From positions 12,565 through 76,564 of the forward strand of contig CAYOFT010000002.1 of assembly GCA_964403295.1 (NCBI GenBank): DNA of 64,000 nucleotides, written 5' to 3'. Both the position numbers and the translations under genes were made by a program. The stretch comes from an uncultured Thermotogaceae bacterium. GTDB taxonomy: Bacteria > Thermotogota > Thermotogae > MWEM01. The notes below the pieces were generated by a model that saw nothing but the letters and a program-made list of their open reading frames with translations, searched no databases and was not told the DNA's origin. Of the stretch, positions 1 through 9,284 are shown in pieces. Position 1 is the first letter of the stretch. The number at the start of each line of letters is the position of its first letter.

Positions 1-3000
1 GGTTTATCCATTTCAGATGACTTTTGTGTGTCTTCTTTTTTTATGTCTGATAAATTGATGCTTGTGTCATAATATCCGCTGTTTGTTTCATCAGTTTTTT
101 CTTCAGTAGTTTTTGAGGTTTCTTTTTGTTCAATTTGTTCTTGATCTGTTGTTTTGTCGGTGGTTTCTATAGATGGTGTTGTGGATTCAGACTTTTCAAC
201 CGTATATATCTTTTCAAGGTTCTCAGGGATTGTAGAGTTTTTTGAATAAAAATAAAGCTCATTGTCCACAGTGACGATTAAAACCTTGTTGGCATTAGTA
301 TCCACATCGAAAGAGTCAATCCCTTTTTTTGATCGGAATAAAACGGTCTCGTTTAAATCGAAAATCCTGTATCCCCTTAATGTTTTATCCCAATGATTGG
401 CAAACAACATGTTATTGGCTTCTGCAAAGGAGGCTTTTAAAACAATTCCTCTGTTCAAATTTCTAATAGTGGGTTTTGTACTTTCAAAACGCTGAAAATA
501 AACTGAACCACTGGCATCAACAATTAGAAACCTTTCCTGATCTACATCAAAGGGACATAAACCTACAATCGGTTTTTCGATTTTCATCATATTTAGTTCA
601 TCATCTATGTTTTCAAGCCATCCAACTCTTGCGGTGGTTGTACTGAGGATGATACGACCCATTTCATCCATTGTCGCCTGATTTAAAACTCCGGATTCCA
701 ATTTCCATTCATTCTTTATTCCCAACTGTATTGAGCAGGCTTGTACCATACCGTCTTCAAAGCATAGAATGACAGTTTCTTCATTGATTAATTTAAAAAA
801 GGCTAAGGGTAAATCGATGTTTATTGAGCTGATTTCAACGATACGATCCTTTTTTATCTCCAATATTTTTAATTCTTTTTCAAAAAGTATTGATAAATAC
901 GGGTAATGAAATGAGATTTTTTTCAGTCCTGAAGAGAAACTTATACCTGCTATTCTATCGTCATTAGGAACATAAAAATATAGAATATCATTCTGAGCCC
1001 AAATCAGATTACCGTTAATATCCAAATCAAAAATATCTATGTCTTTAAGAGTCAGTATTTGGTTAAAATCTTTTGGAAAATCAACGATGTTTTCTATAGC
1101 GTCCTCTGAAACTGTTATTTGAGCCTCTTCTGGTTCTTCTGTTGTGGTGATTTGTTCATTTTCGTCTTTTTGTGAAGTTGTTTCTTCAGACACAGAATCC
1201 TGCTTTTTTTGAGTTGTTTGTACAGATGTATCGGACCCTTCAACCTGAACTTCTTCTGGTTGTTTGGTTACTTCTTCAGTTTTTTTTTCGTTATTTACAA
1301 CAGGTTCTGATGGGGACTCAACTTTTTTTGAGGTGTCAGTTTGATTTATTTCCTCCTGTTTATCAAGCGTTTCACTTGAAACTTCTTCGCTTTTTACCGG
1401 GGTAGGTTCTCTTGTCTCGTTGATAACATCCTCTTGTACTTGGCTTATTTGTTCTGATTGTTTTTCAACTTCATTGTTGGTATCAAAATCACGAATCAAT
1501 GATTTTTGATTAAGAAATCGGCTATCGGTTTCTTTTTCAAATTTGTAACTGTTTATTGAGAAATATTCAGGGTTTTTATTTTTTGCGGCTGAAACTGCAG
1601 CGATTGTATAAGTTAAATCTTTAATAATGTTGTTTGAGAGATCATTTTGTTGATAGTCATTTATATCGTAGTATTCTGTAGCACTCAGGTATGCGATCCT
1701 TTTTAATAATGATTCATGGTTCTCTTCAGATACTCCGATTGGGTAAACAATCATACCAGATCTGTTTATTGCATTTAATGCTTCTTCCTCAGTTCGTATG
1801 CTTCCCAGTCCTGTGTCATAATAATCAGAGTCAACACCGTCTGTTAAAAGAAACAGTATCTTTACTCCCGGTCTTCTGGCTAAAACTGTTGCAGCATTAT
1901 AAATGGCATCGTAAAGTCTGGTCATACCGCTTGATACAATTTGATCCTTTGCAAATTCCCATTGAATATAGTCATTTGTAAATCCTTGGATAATCTCGAT
2001 TTTGTCATCAAATCCCATTAAGGACCATTCGAAGCCTTCCGGAAGTGTCTGAATCAATGACTCAATTTGCGATGTAATTAAAGGTAATTCCTTTTCATTG
2101 CTTCCACTTCTATCAACAAGGAAAATAACACTTGCGGGTATTTTATCCAAAGCAATATTCTGAGTTTCAATTAAGTTTTCATCTTTATCGTATAATTTTG
2201 TATCGTTAATTTCATTATCTGATTTTAATAAGTATAACTGACTCTCTTGATAGGTTTCACTAAATGCCAAAATGGGTCTTTTCACATCTTTTCTGATCCG
2301 CTCAACCATGTAGTTACCAATGTTATCCAAGAAGTTCTGAGTTGCTTTTTCAACCGCTTGCAATATAGTAATCTCAGTACCTAAAATCCCGATGCTTTCA
2401 GATATATCTTGATAATTACCCAATGTAATGGAAGTTTTTGGGTCATAAATTCGGAATTGTGTTTCAAGTCTGGTAATCTTCTTTTCTCTAAAAGATGAAT
2501 AACTCCAAAGCGCATTAACGATCATAAACAATCGTGCTTCAGGATGTCTTTGTGAGAGCATACCATAAACACTGATATTGTCCATTATCAAATCAAATTC
2601 ATCAATGGGTTTTTCAACACTAACTGAGAAACCCATATTTTCAAATCTTTTCTGTAAAGCTTCTATTAGCTGATCCTCATTTTCTCTAAAAAGTATCCTT
2701 CTTGATCCTGATTGTTGGTAATTTGTAAGATATAAGACCAATGGAAACTCTTCGGCAATTTCTTCCAAGGGAATCAAATTATATTCAATAACTGTCGGCA
2801 TTCTAATATCAAGGGTTTCTTCCTTGGATTGGTATCCGTTTTTGTTAACCTTAATGGTGTGGTTTCCTGGTGAAAGATCAACAACTAACGGCGTATTACC
2901 TCGCCACACCTCGTCAATAAATACATCCGCATTTTGAGGATGCGATAAAAGCTCTAACTCAACTGCAAAAGAGATGATAGACATGGATAATATTACAAAT

Positions 3001-3032
3001 ATTATAAGAAACGACTTCATTTTTCCCGACAT
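1..3032 (-). CDS. Large secreted PEGA-domain / von Willebrand factor A (MIDAS) protein with acidic low-complexity linkers and a C-terminal repeat region; partial, C-terminus lies beyond the left window edge
   Basis: Own minus-strand translation. ATG at 3032 lies just downstream of AAGGGGGAAG. N-terminus MSGKMKSFLIIFVILSMSIISFA is signal-like. PEGA-like VFIDEVWRGNTPLVVDLSPGNHTIKV. vWA/MIDAS VIFLVDRSGSN and LFLLTDGVDS. Frame stays open for 1010 codons down to base 3. Absent from the supplied ORF track because its stop is outside the window. Confidence 0.8.
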   Translation of the reverse strand, partial: MSGKMKSFLIIFVILSMSIISFAVELELLSHPQNADVFIDEVWRGNTPLVVDLSPGNHTIKVNKNGYQSKEETLDIRMPTVIEYNLIPLEEIAEEFPLVLYLTNYQQSGSRRILFRENEDQLIEALQKRFENMGFSVSVEKPIDEFDLIMDNISVYGMLSQRHPEARLFMIVNALWSYSSFREKKITRLETQFRIYDPKTSITLGNYQDISESIGILGTEITILQAVEKATQNFLDNIGNYMVERIRKDVKRPILAFSETYQESQLYLLKSDNEINDTKLYDKDENLIETQNIALDKIPASVIFLVDRSGSNEKELPLITSQIESLIQTLPEGFEWSLMGFDDKIEIIQGFTNDYIQWEFAKDQIVSSGMTRLYDAIYNAATVLARRPGVKILFLLTDGVDSDYYDTGLGSIRTEEEALNAINRSGMIVYPIGVSEENHESLLKRIAYLSATEYYDINDYQQNDLSNNIIKDLTYTIAAVSAAKNKNPEYFSINSYKFEKETDSRFLNQKSLIRDFDTNNEVEKQSEQISQVQEDVINETREPTPVKSEEVSSETLDKQEEINQTDTSKKVESPSEPVVNNEKKTEEVTKQPEEVQVEGSDTSVQTTQKKQDSVSEETTSQKDENEQITTTEEPEEAQITVSEDAIENIVDFPKDFNQILTLKDIDIFDLDINGNLIWAQNDILYFYVPNDDRIAGISFSSGLKKISFHYPYLSILFEKELKILEIKKDRIVEISSINIDLPLAFFKLINEETVILCFEDGMVQACSIQLGIKNEWKLESGVLNQATMDEMGRIILSTTTARVGWLENIDDELNMMKIEKPIVGLCPFDVDQERFLIVDASGSVYFQRFESTKPTIRNLNRGIVLKASFAEANNMLFANHWDKTLRGYRIFDLNETVLFRSKKGIDSFDVDTNANKVLIVTVDNELYFYSKNSTIPENLEKIYTVEKSESTTPSIETTDKTTDQEQIEQKETSKTTEEKTDETNSGYYDTSINLSDIKKEDTQKSSEMDK

Positions 3033-3167
3033 ATTTCTTCCCCCTTCTTGTTTTACTATAATTGTACCATAAACAGTGTTTACTTATTTCGTTATGATAA
3101 ACTATATCTTATATAAGCTTTTCTAATTACAAACATCAATCATGTATAATAAAAAAGAGGTGAGATT

Positions 3168-3755
3168 TTGAACAGTCAGAAGCTAATGTCCGAGATTGAA
3201 TTATCAATCACTCAGTGCAAAAAATGCCCGCTCCACGAAACTAGAAATAAAACGGTTCCCGGTGAAGGTGATTATTCTTCACCCGTTGTTTTTGTCGGTG
3301 AAGGGCCCGGGGCCGAGGAAGATTCTACTGGACGACCTTTTGTCGGGAGAGCGGGAAAATTATTCGAAGAAATACTGAAAGCTGTGTCTTTTTCTCGAGA
3401 AGATGTTTTTATCACGAATATTGTCAAATGTAGACCTCCAAATAATCGAAATCCAATGCCAGATGAAATGAAGAGTTGCGCTCCTTTTCTGTTTTCACAA
3501 TTACAAATTATCAATCCGGTTCTTATAGTTACTCTGGGTGCCGTCCCTTTGTCTTTTCTATTGGAAAAAAAGAATATTCGAATAACATCCATGAGGGGAC
3601 AATTTATCGAATACAAAGATGGGGTCATGATTTTCCCGATGTTTCACCCCAGTTATTTACTTAGAAATCCTTCAAAAGCAAAAGGTTCGCCAAAATACTT
3701 AACTTGGCAGGATATCCAGGAGGTAAAAAGAATCTATGAAGAGTATCGAAAATAA
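3168..3755 (+). CDS. Uracil-DNA glycosylase, family 4 (Fe-S type)
   Basis: TTG start 6 nt after GAGGTGA. Motifs CKKCPLHETR, VVFVGEGPGAEED, GRPFVGRAG, ITNIVKCRPP, HPSYLLRN. Confidence 0.85.
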   Translation: MNSQKLMSEIELSITQCKKCPLHETRNKTVPGEGDYSSPVVFVGEGPGAEEDSTGRPFVGRAGKLFEEILKAVSFSREDVFITNIVKCRPPNNRNPMPDEMKSCAPFLFSQLQIINPVLIVTLGAVPLSFLLEKKNIRITSMRGQFIEYKDGVMIFPMFHPSYLLRNPSKAKGSPKYLTWQDIQEVKRIYEEYRK

Positions 3756-4779
3756 AAAAGTTGTTTTTGATCCTGCAATGTGGTTATTTTTGATCTATTT
3801 TGCTTTGTTTTTCTTTTTATTTAAAGCTTCTGAATCAATCCTTGGGGCAATCTTATTTGGGTGGTATTTATCATTGATAATTGAGGTTCCAGCCAATTAT
3901 TTAAGTAAACTGAAGTTCATCAAATATAAATTAGCGGTTGTCATTAGTTCGATCTTAATGTTCTTTCTTTTGGCTTATGCGATTTATTCAATTTTTCCTA
4001 TCTTAATTGAAGAAGGACAGCGTTTATTCCCCCTTTTATCAAGATCATCTCAGGATTTAGCATTGGAAGAATTCTTTAAAAATCGAAAAATTGATCCCAG
4101 TGTAGTTGAGTGGGTTGATTCATTTATTGGTGAAATTGGGAAGAAGTTCTCAGAATTTGGTGCCAATATCTTAAATACAATTATTCAATATATTCCCAAT
4201 GCAACCACTTCAGCCATAATATTTATTATTACGGCTTCATATTTCACAGCTTTAACTCCCATCTTCAAGAAAAACCTGTGGCGTTTCTTCCCCAAATCTA
4301 CAGAGAAAAAGTCTATGAAATTTATTAGAGAATACTATCGGGATATCCGACATTTCATTGGGGGACAAGTCATTATTGCTTTTATTGTAGGTTTAATGGT
4401 AGGATTTGGGACCTTTTTATCAGGAATTCCTTATTCTCTATTTTTAGGATTTTTATCGGGTATCACAAATTTTATCCCATATCTTGGCGTTTTTATAGCT
4501 TCTATACCTGCGTTATTACTTGGTTTTGTTCACGGTGGCTTAGTGGGCTTTATAAAAATACTGATTGTTTTGATTTTGTCCAACCAATTGGAATCATGGT
4601 TGTTGAATCCAAAAATCCAGGGAACAAGAATGCAATTAAATTGGTTTGCAATACTCCTTTCTATATTATTAGCAGGCAGTATTTTAGGATTAGCTGGTGT
4701 GTTATTGGGGATACCTTTATTATTATTTTTTAAGAGATTTTGGGAAGAATACGTTCAAGAGACTTTGAAGAAACTATAA
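3736..4779 (+). CDS. AI-2E family (PerM/UPF0118) membrane transporter
   Basis: 347-aa polytopic membrane protein with the family-typical NFIPYLG segment. AGGAGGT lies upstream of the ATG. 20-nt overlap with the UDG gene end. Confidence 0.75.
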   Translation: MKSIENKKVVFDPAMWLFLIYFALFFFLFKASESILGAILFGWYLSLIIEVPANYLSKLKFIKYKLAVVISSILMFFLLAYAIYSIFPILIEEGQRLFPLLSRSSQDLALEEFFKNRKIDPSVVEWVDSFIGEIGKKFSEFGANILNTIIQYIPNATTSAIIFIITASYFTALTPIFKKNLWRFFPKSTEKKSMKFIREYYRDIRHFIGGQVIIAFIVGLMVGFGTFLSGIPYSLFLGFLSGITNFIPYLGVFIASIPALLLGFVHGGLVGFIKILIVLILSNQLESWLLNPKIQGTRMQLNWFAILLSILLAGSILGLAGVLLGIPLLLFFKRFWEEYVQETLKKL

Positions 4780-4800
4780 TTATTGAGAGAGTGATTCGTG

Positions 4801-5910
4801 ATGAAGATAGCTGTTGCAGGCGGTGTTACAGGCGGACATATTTATCCCGCCGTTGCTGTTTTAGATTATTTTAAAAAAATGGGAGATACACTGGAAGTTT
4901 TGTATTTTGCTACGCCTCATGGGCTTGAAAATCGTGAGATAATAAGACTTTTTCCAGAAGCCAAGATAATAAAACTCAAGATAAATGGCTTAAGAAGACC
5001 ATTTTACAGTCTTTCAAATTTTTCGGTTATCTATAATACTTATAGAGCTTATCGTGATTGTGTCAAGCAATTAAAACTGTTTCAACCGGACTTTAGTTTT
5101 ATTACTGGAGGATATATATCCGTACCATTGGGGCTTGCAAGTAAAAAGCTTAATATTCCCAATTTTATCCATGAACAGAATGCAATAGCAGGGTTAGCCA
5201 ACAAGATTATTGGTCCCAAATCAGAGAAAATATTTATTAGTTTTACAGAAAGTGCGAGAGATTTTAATGTAAGTTTTGCACATAAAATTAAACATACTGG
5301 AAATCCCGTAAGAAAAATTGAAAGGAAAGACAGACAAATATTTGAACATTTTGGAATTAATCCAAATAATAAGATCATCCTTGTCGCAGGTGGCAGTAAA
5401 GGTTCTGATTTTATCAATGAAATTATGATTCAGGTTTATAAAATAATCGAGAACAATTCACAATATAAAATAGATTTTCTTCATTCCTGTGGTGATAAAT
5501 CCTATATCAAAAAACTGGAGAGATTTCCATTTGTGAAAGCAGTTCCATTTATCATTGATATGCATAAGTATCTAGCAGCTTCTGACGCTTCAATTATTAG
5601 AGGTGGCGCAACAACGGTTGCTGAAGTTATTGCTTATGGGGTACCTTCCCTAATAATACCTTGGTCTGGAGCTGCTGAGAATCATCAATTAATAAACGCC
5701 ATTTCTCTTGAGAAAAATGGCGCTGGGTTTTATCTTGAGGAAAAAGAAGCAGATTCGAATCAAATTCTCAAAATCATTCATTTATTAACAGAAAAAAAGG
5801 TCTCACAATCAATCAGGAACAATTTAAAGCTTTTAAAACCTGACTACGATCCATCAGAAAGAATTTATAATGAAATCTTGTCAACTTTAAGTGATCATTC
5901 AAGGACATAA
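4801..5910 (+). CDS. murG: UDP-N-acetylglucosamine--N-acetylmuramyl-(pentapeptide) pyrophosphoryl-undecaprenol GlcNAc transferase
   Basis: N-terminal GGVTGGHIYPAVAV glycine-rich loop, C-terminal GGATTVAEV and ENHQ motifs. ATG at 4801 preferred over GTG at 4798 (SD GAGAGAGTG). Confidence 0.85.
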   Translation: MKIAVAGGVTGGHIYPAVAVLDYFKKMGDTLEVLYFATPHGLENREIIRLFPEAKIIKLKINGLRRPFYSLSNFSVIYNTYRAYRDCVKQLKLFQPDFSFITGGYISVPLGLASKKLNIPNFIHEQNAIAGLANKIIGPKSEKIFISFTESARDFNVSFAHKIKHTGNPVRKIERKDRQIFEHFGINPNNKIILVAGGSKGSDFINEIMIQVYKIIENNSQYKIDFLHSCGDKSYIKKLERFPFVKAVPFIIDMHKYLAASDASIIRGGATTVAEVIAYGVPSLIIPWSGAAENHQLINAISLEKNGAGFYLEEKEADSNQILKIIHLLTEKKVSQSIRNNLKLLKPDYDPSERIYNEILSTLSDHSRT

Positions 5911-6641
5911 ACATTGTAGAGTAGTTTTTTATCCAATCCGTTTAGATGCTTTTGAACATCGTTAAGTGCTGCTTCTCTTATAATGTAATATTTGAATGGA
6001 TTGATTGTTATAAGGTTCATTTCTTTGAATTTGTCAAAAGTGAAATAAGTTAGTAGTTCGGGTAAATAACTTTCAATTTTGTTTAATTCCTCTTCTTTTA
6101 TTGATTTAATAAGCAAATTCCCATTGTAATTATCTTGAATTTCAAAAGTGTTTATATCTCCTTTTTTATAACTTTCAGTTTCAACATACTTTAACCAATT
6201 CAAATAATCATCAGCTGGCAGATAACCGGGAAAACCTCCCAAAAACTCAAGCTCTTTGTTAAAGAAGAAAGTTGCCGGAACACCTCTTACATCAAATAAG
6301 TAAAATAATTCCTGATAGGTGAATTCCTTACCATTTTTATCATATTTTGCGTTTTCTACATCAAAGTGTCCTTTTAAATCATCATCAGCTCGTAATTCTA
6401 TAAGAATATAATTGTTAATCAAAAAATTCATTACCTCTTCGGAAGCAATGACATCATGTTTTAATTGGGTACAATAGGGGCAATTATTACTGGTAAAAAT
6501 CAGGAGTACATTTTTATCCAATATTTTTGCGACTTCAAATCCAGTGTCAAAATCGTTGAAAAAAACAAAATCATCAAAAGAAGCCGCTAAACCTGTAATT
6601 ACAATTAAGAATGCTAATAGAAATAATACTAACTTTTTCAT
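5895..6641 (-). CDS. Exported thioredoxin-fold protein (CPYC motif) with C-terminal extension
   Basis: Signal-like MKKLVLFLLAFLIVITGLAA. LLIFTSNNCPYCTQL redox motif. Tail-to-tail 16-nt overlap with murG. Confidence 0.6.
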   Translation of the reverse strand: MKKLVLFLLAFLIVITGLAASFDDFVFFNDFDTGFEVAKILDKNVLLIFTSNNCPYCTQLKHDVIASEEVMNFLINNYILIELRADDDLKGHFDVENAKYDKNGKEFTYQELFYLFDVRGVPATFFFNKELEFLGGFPGYLPADDYLNWLKYVETESYKKGDINTFEIQDNYNGNLLIKSIKEEELNKIESYLPELLTYFTFDKFKEMNLITINPFKYYIIREAALNDVQKHLNGLDKKLLYNVYVLE

Positions 6642-6761
6642 AGAAATACCTCCGTGAGTTATAATAATCTAATTAGTCTCAATGTTTAGACGAAGAAACA
6701 AAGTGTTTATTTCAGAATATATGGTAAAATCGTCATGATTTTTTATTTGGAGGGATTTGTC

Positions 6762-7448
6762 TTGAATGAATTGATATGGATTATCTTCATGATTGTGGAT
6801 TTATCAATTGCCTTACTTATTTTTCGGTTATTTGGAAAAAAGGGCCTTTTCATGCTGATAGCTGCAAATATTATTATTTGCAATATACAAGTATTGAAAA
6901 CAGTTGAAATGTTTGGTATAACAGCTACTTTGGGAAATGTGCTTTATGGAAGCATCTTTTTTGCAACAGATGTTATCAGCGAATTATATGGAAAAAAAGA
7001 GGCAAAACGAGCTGTTTTGGTTGGTTTTTCCAGTTTGCTGATAATGACTTTATATATGCAATTTTCATTGCTTTTTACACCAGCTCCTGAAGATTTTGCT
7101 TCTCCACATCTTAATGCTTTGTTTGGTTTTATGCCAAGAATAGCTTTAGGCAGTCTAACAGCTTATTTATTATCACAATTTCACGATGTTTGGGCTTTTC
7201 ATTTTTGGAAAGAAAAAACAAAAGGTAAATATTTATGGTTGAGAAACAACCTTTCTACATTGGTAAGTCAGTTGATTGATTCAGCAGTATTTTGTTTAAT
7301 TGCATTTTTAGGGCTTTTTCCTCTGAATGTCTGGTTTGAAATATTGCTAACCACCTATTTTTTCAAATTGGTTGTGGCTCTTTTTGATACCCCATTTATT
7401 TATTTTGCAAAAAAAATCGGAGAAAGTAAGAAGGCTCCGTTATTATAA
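6762..7448 (+). CDS. Queuosine-precursor transporter / VUT (YhhQ, DUF165) family membrane protein
   Basis: YhhQ-like LRNNLSTLVSQLIDSAVF segment and multiple TM helices. TTG at 6762 follows GGAGGGA. The ATG at 6735 used by the track lies essentially at or upstream of the predicted transcription start of the TGGTAAAAT -10 element (6721-6729). Confidence 0.7.
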   Translation: MNELIWIIFMIVDLSIALLIFRLFGKKGLFMLIAANIIICNIQVLKTVEMFGITATLGNVLYGSIFFATDVISELYGKKEAKRAVLVGFSSLLIMTLYMQFSLLFTPAPEDFASPHLNALFGFMPRIALGSLTAYLLSQFHDVWAFHFWKEKTKGKYLWLRNNLSTLVSQLIDSAVFCLIAFLGLFPLNVWFEILLTTYFFKLVVALFDTPFIYFAKKIGESKKAPLL

Positions 7449-7457
7449 CGGAGCCTT
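7431..7457. terminator. Hairpin between convergent genes (AAGGCTCCGTTA / TAACGGAGCCTT)
   Basis: 12-bp inverted repeat with a 3-nt loop spanning the stop codon of the transporter gene. Only a short T run follows. Confidence 0.4.
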
Positions 7458-7480
7458 TATGAAAAAGTAAAATATTTAAA

Positions 7481-8965
7481 TTATTTTCTATTGTATCTTG
7501 CTTCTGATGTGTATTCTGTGATGGTTCCAAGATGATCTATGTAACCTCTGAGTACATCTGCAGCAACAAAACCAGTGTCATAACCTTTGTCTCCATTTTT
7601 AGACAGTACTTCGTATCCGTCTCCACCCATTGCAAGATAATTATTGGTGGCTAATCTGTATACTTTTTCCGTTTCAATGGCTTTACCATTAACTTTAACA
7701 TTTTCAACCTGTTCATTTTCATAGGTGAATGTCAAACCGGCAAGATGAGGATAAGCCCCTGCACCGGCTGGAATAGTAACCATAAAGTCGATGAGTTCCA
7801 GGATTTCTTTTCCTTTTAATTCCATTACATATACGGTGTTGCCAAATGGCAGGACTGTGAGAATATCTCTGTAAGAAATATCTCCTGCTTGTATGGAAGC
7901 TCTAATTCCACCACCATTTTGAAGGGCGATATCGGCATTTGTTTTCCATTTAATAGAATCGGAAATCATATTGGCTAAATTTGTTGGCTTTGAACGTACG
8001 TCTCCTCTTTCTCCATTTAATAAAATTTCTGTTTTGCCAATTACTTCATTTAATTTTGCATCGCCTTGTTTCAAGAAATAATTCATGGCGGCTTGAACTT
8101 TTGGTTGTGGTACAACACCTTCTAAAGGAATCAGTTCCCATTGATGATCAACAACTTCACCATCAACGATAGTAAGGTCAAGCCTTGAAACGTATTTATT
8201 CCAATCTACGGCTGAAACAATGATACTGTCATTAATCACCGGAGGCTTTTTAAACTGTGTATGAGTGTGTCCATCAACAATAACATCAATCTCAGAGAAA
8301 GCGGCTGCCAATTCATTTGATGTTGTCTTGGGATCATCCAATCCTGGTTGATAACCCAAATGTGCCAACGCTACAATGATATCTGCATTTGCTTCCAATT
8401 CTGGTAGCAATTTTGCTGTGACATCAATGGCATTCGCAAATCTCCAGTTGTCGAGATAAATTGGTTCCAAAATTGCCGTTTCTTCAGTAGTGAGCCCTAA
8501 AACTGCAACAGAAATATCATTGAAATCAAAAATTACATAAGGTGTGACTGGATGTTCATTATTTTCATCAACAATATTTGCACTTAGTACAGGCATTTCG
8601 AGTAAATCCATTTGTTTCAGAAGAACATCCCGGTTCTTATCAAATTCGTGATTTCCAAGTACTACAGCATCAAAACCAACCATGTTCATTCCAACGATAT
8701 CGGGAACGGCATCCAGCTGATCAGATTCAGGGACACCCGTGTTGTAATCTCCTGCGTGTAAAACTAAAACATTGCCGCCACATGCTTCTATTTCTGCTTT
8801 AATGGCATCAACAACTGCTGATACACCTGCAAAACCTCCGATTTCTCCATCCTGCCAGGCATGCCCATGTGTGTCATTTACAGATAAAATTGTCAAATGA
8901 GATGTTACAGCAAACACAGAAATACTCATCAGTACAACCAGAGCAAAAACAAACAGTTTTTTCAT
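7481..8965 (-). CDS. Exported 5'-nucleotidase / 2',3'-cyclic phosphodiesterase family metallophosphoesterase (UshA-like)
   Basis: Motifs NDTHGH, GDYNTG, GNHEFD and a C-terminal nucleotidase domain. ATG at 8965 follows AAAGGAGGA and gives MKKLFVFALVVLMSISVFA. Confidence 0.8.
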   Translation of the reverse strand: MKKLFVFALVVLMSISVFAVTSHLTILSVNDTHGHAWQDGEIGGFAGVSAVVDAIKAEIEACGGNVLVLHAGDYNTGVPESDQLDAVPDIVGMNMVGFDAVVLGNHEFDKNRDVLLKQMDLLEMPVLSANIVDENNEHPVTPYVIFDFNDISVAVLGLTTEETAILEPIYLDNWRFANAIDVTAKLLPELEANADIIVALAHLGYQPGLDDPKTTSNELAAAFSEIDVIVDGHTHTQFKKPPVINDSIIVSAVDWNKYVSRLDLTIVDGEVVDHQWELIPLEGVVPQPKVQAAMNYFLKQGDAKLNEVIGKTEILLNGERGDVRSKPTNLANMISDSIKWKTNADIALQNGGGIRASIQAGDISYRDILTVLPFGNTVYVMELKGKEILELIDFMVTIPAGAGAYPHLAGLTFTYENEQVENVKVNGKAIETEKVYRLATNNYLAMGGDGYEVLSKNGDKGYDTGFVAADVLRGYIDHLGTITEYTSEARYNRK

Positions 8966-9000
8966 AATAAATCCTCCTTTTTTTATTTTATGCACTGTTA

Positions 9001-9029
9001 ATTATACCATGATAAATGAAACTTGAAAA
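9001..9029 (-). promoter_or_regulatory. Candidate sigma70-type promoter of the nucleotidase gene
   Basis: Minus strand reads TTTTCA, 17 nt spacer, then TGGTATAAT (extended -10). The -35 lies inside the left arm of an inverted repeat. Confidence 0.4.
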
Positions 9030-9221
9030 ATCTCTGTGTTAGGTTTTTTTCAAGTCGTTTCATAATAAAGTTATGAAATAATGAAATCATTCACATGAAA
9101 TATTCCATTATTAATTAATAACCGGAAAGTCAAATCCCAGGTATTTCAAAGTATATGGGAAAAGGCTTGTGCTATAATTGATTGTTTGCATAATGAAATA
9201 TGATTTATTGATATATGAAAC
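9016..9221. repeat. Cluster of seven ATGAAAY heptamers (one inverted), including an inverted repeat at 9016-9063
   Basis: Copies at 9016, 9057 (reverse), 9073, 9081, 9095, 9193 and 9215. Arms CTTGAAAAA (9022-9030) and TTTTTCAAG (9046-9054). Confidence 0.45.
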
Positions 9222-9284
9222 AAAAATCAAAGGTAAATTTTAAAATTTAAAAACAAATAATATGTTAATAAAGAGCGGTGAGAA

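Noticed and set aside
1172-1981. Track ORFs 1172-1405(+) and 1691-1981(+)
   Set aside because: Both lie antisense within the continuous >1010-codon minus-strand PEGA/vWA gene. They have low-complexity Leu/Phe/Gln-rich translations and no SD or motif.
6642-6761. preQ1 riboswitch upstream of the YhhQ-like transporter
   Set aside because: The predicted -10 (TGGTAAAAT, 6721-6729) leaves only a ~30-nt leader. There is no hairpin plus A-rich tail resembling preQ1-I or preQ1-II aptamers.
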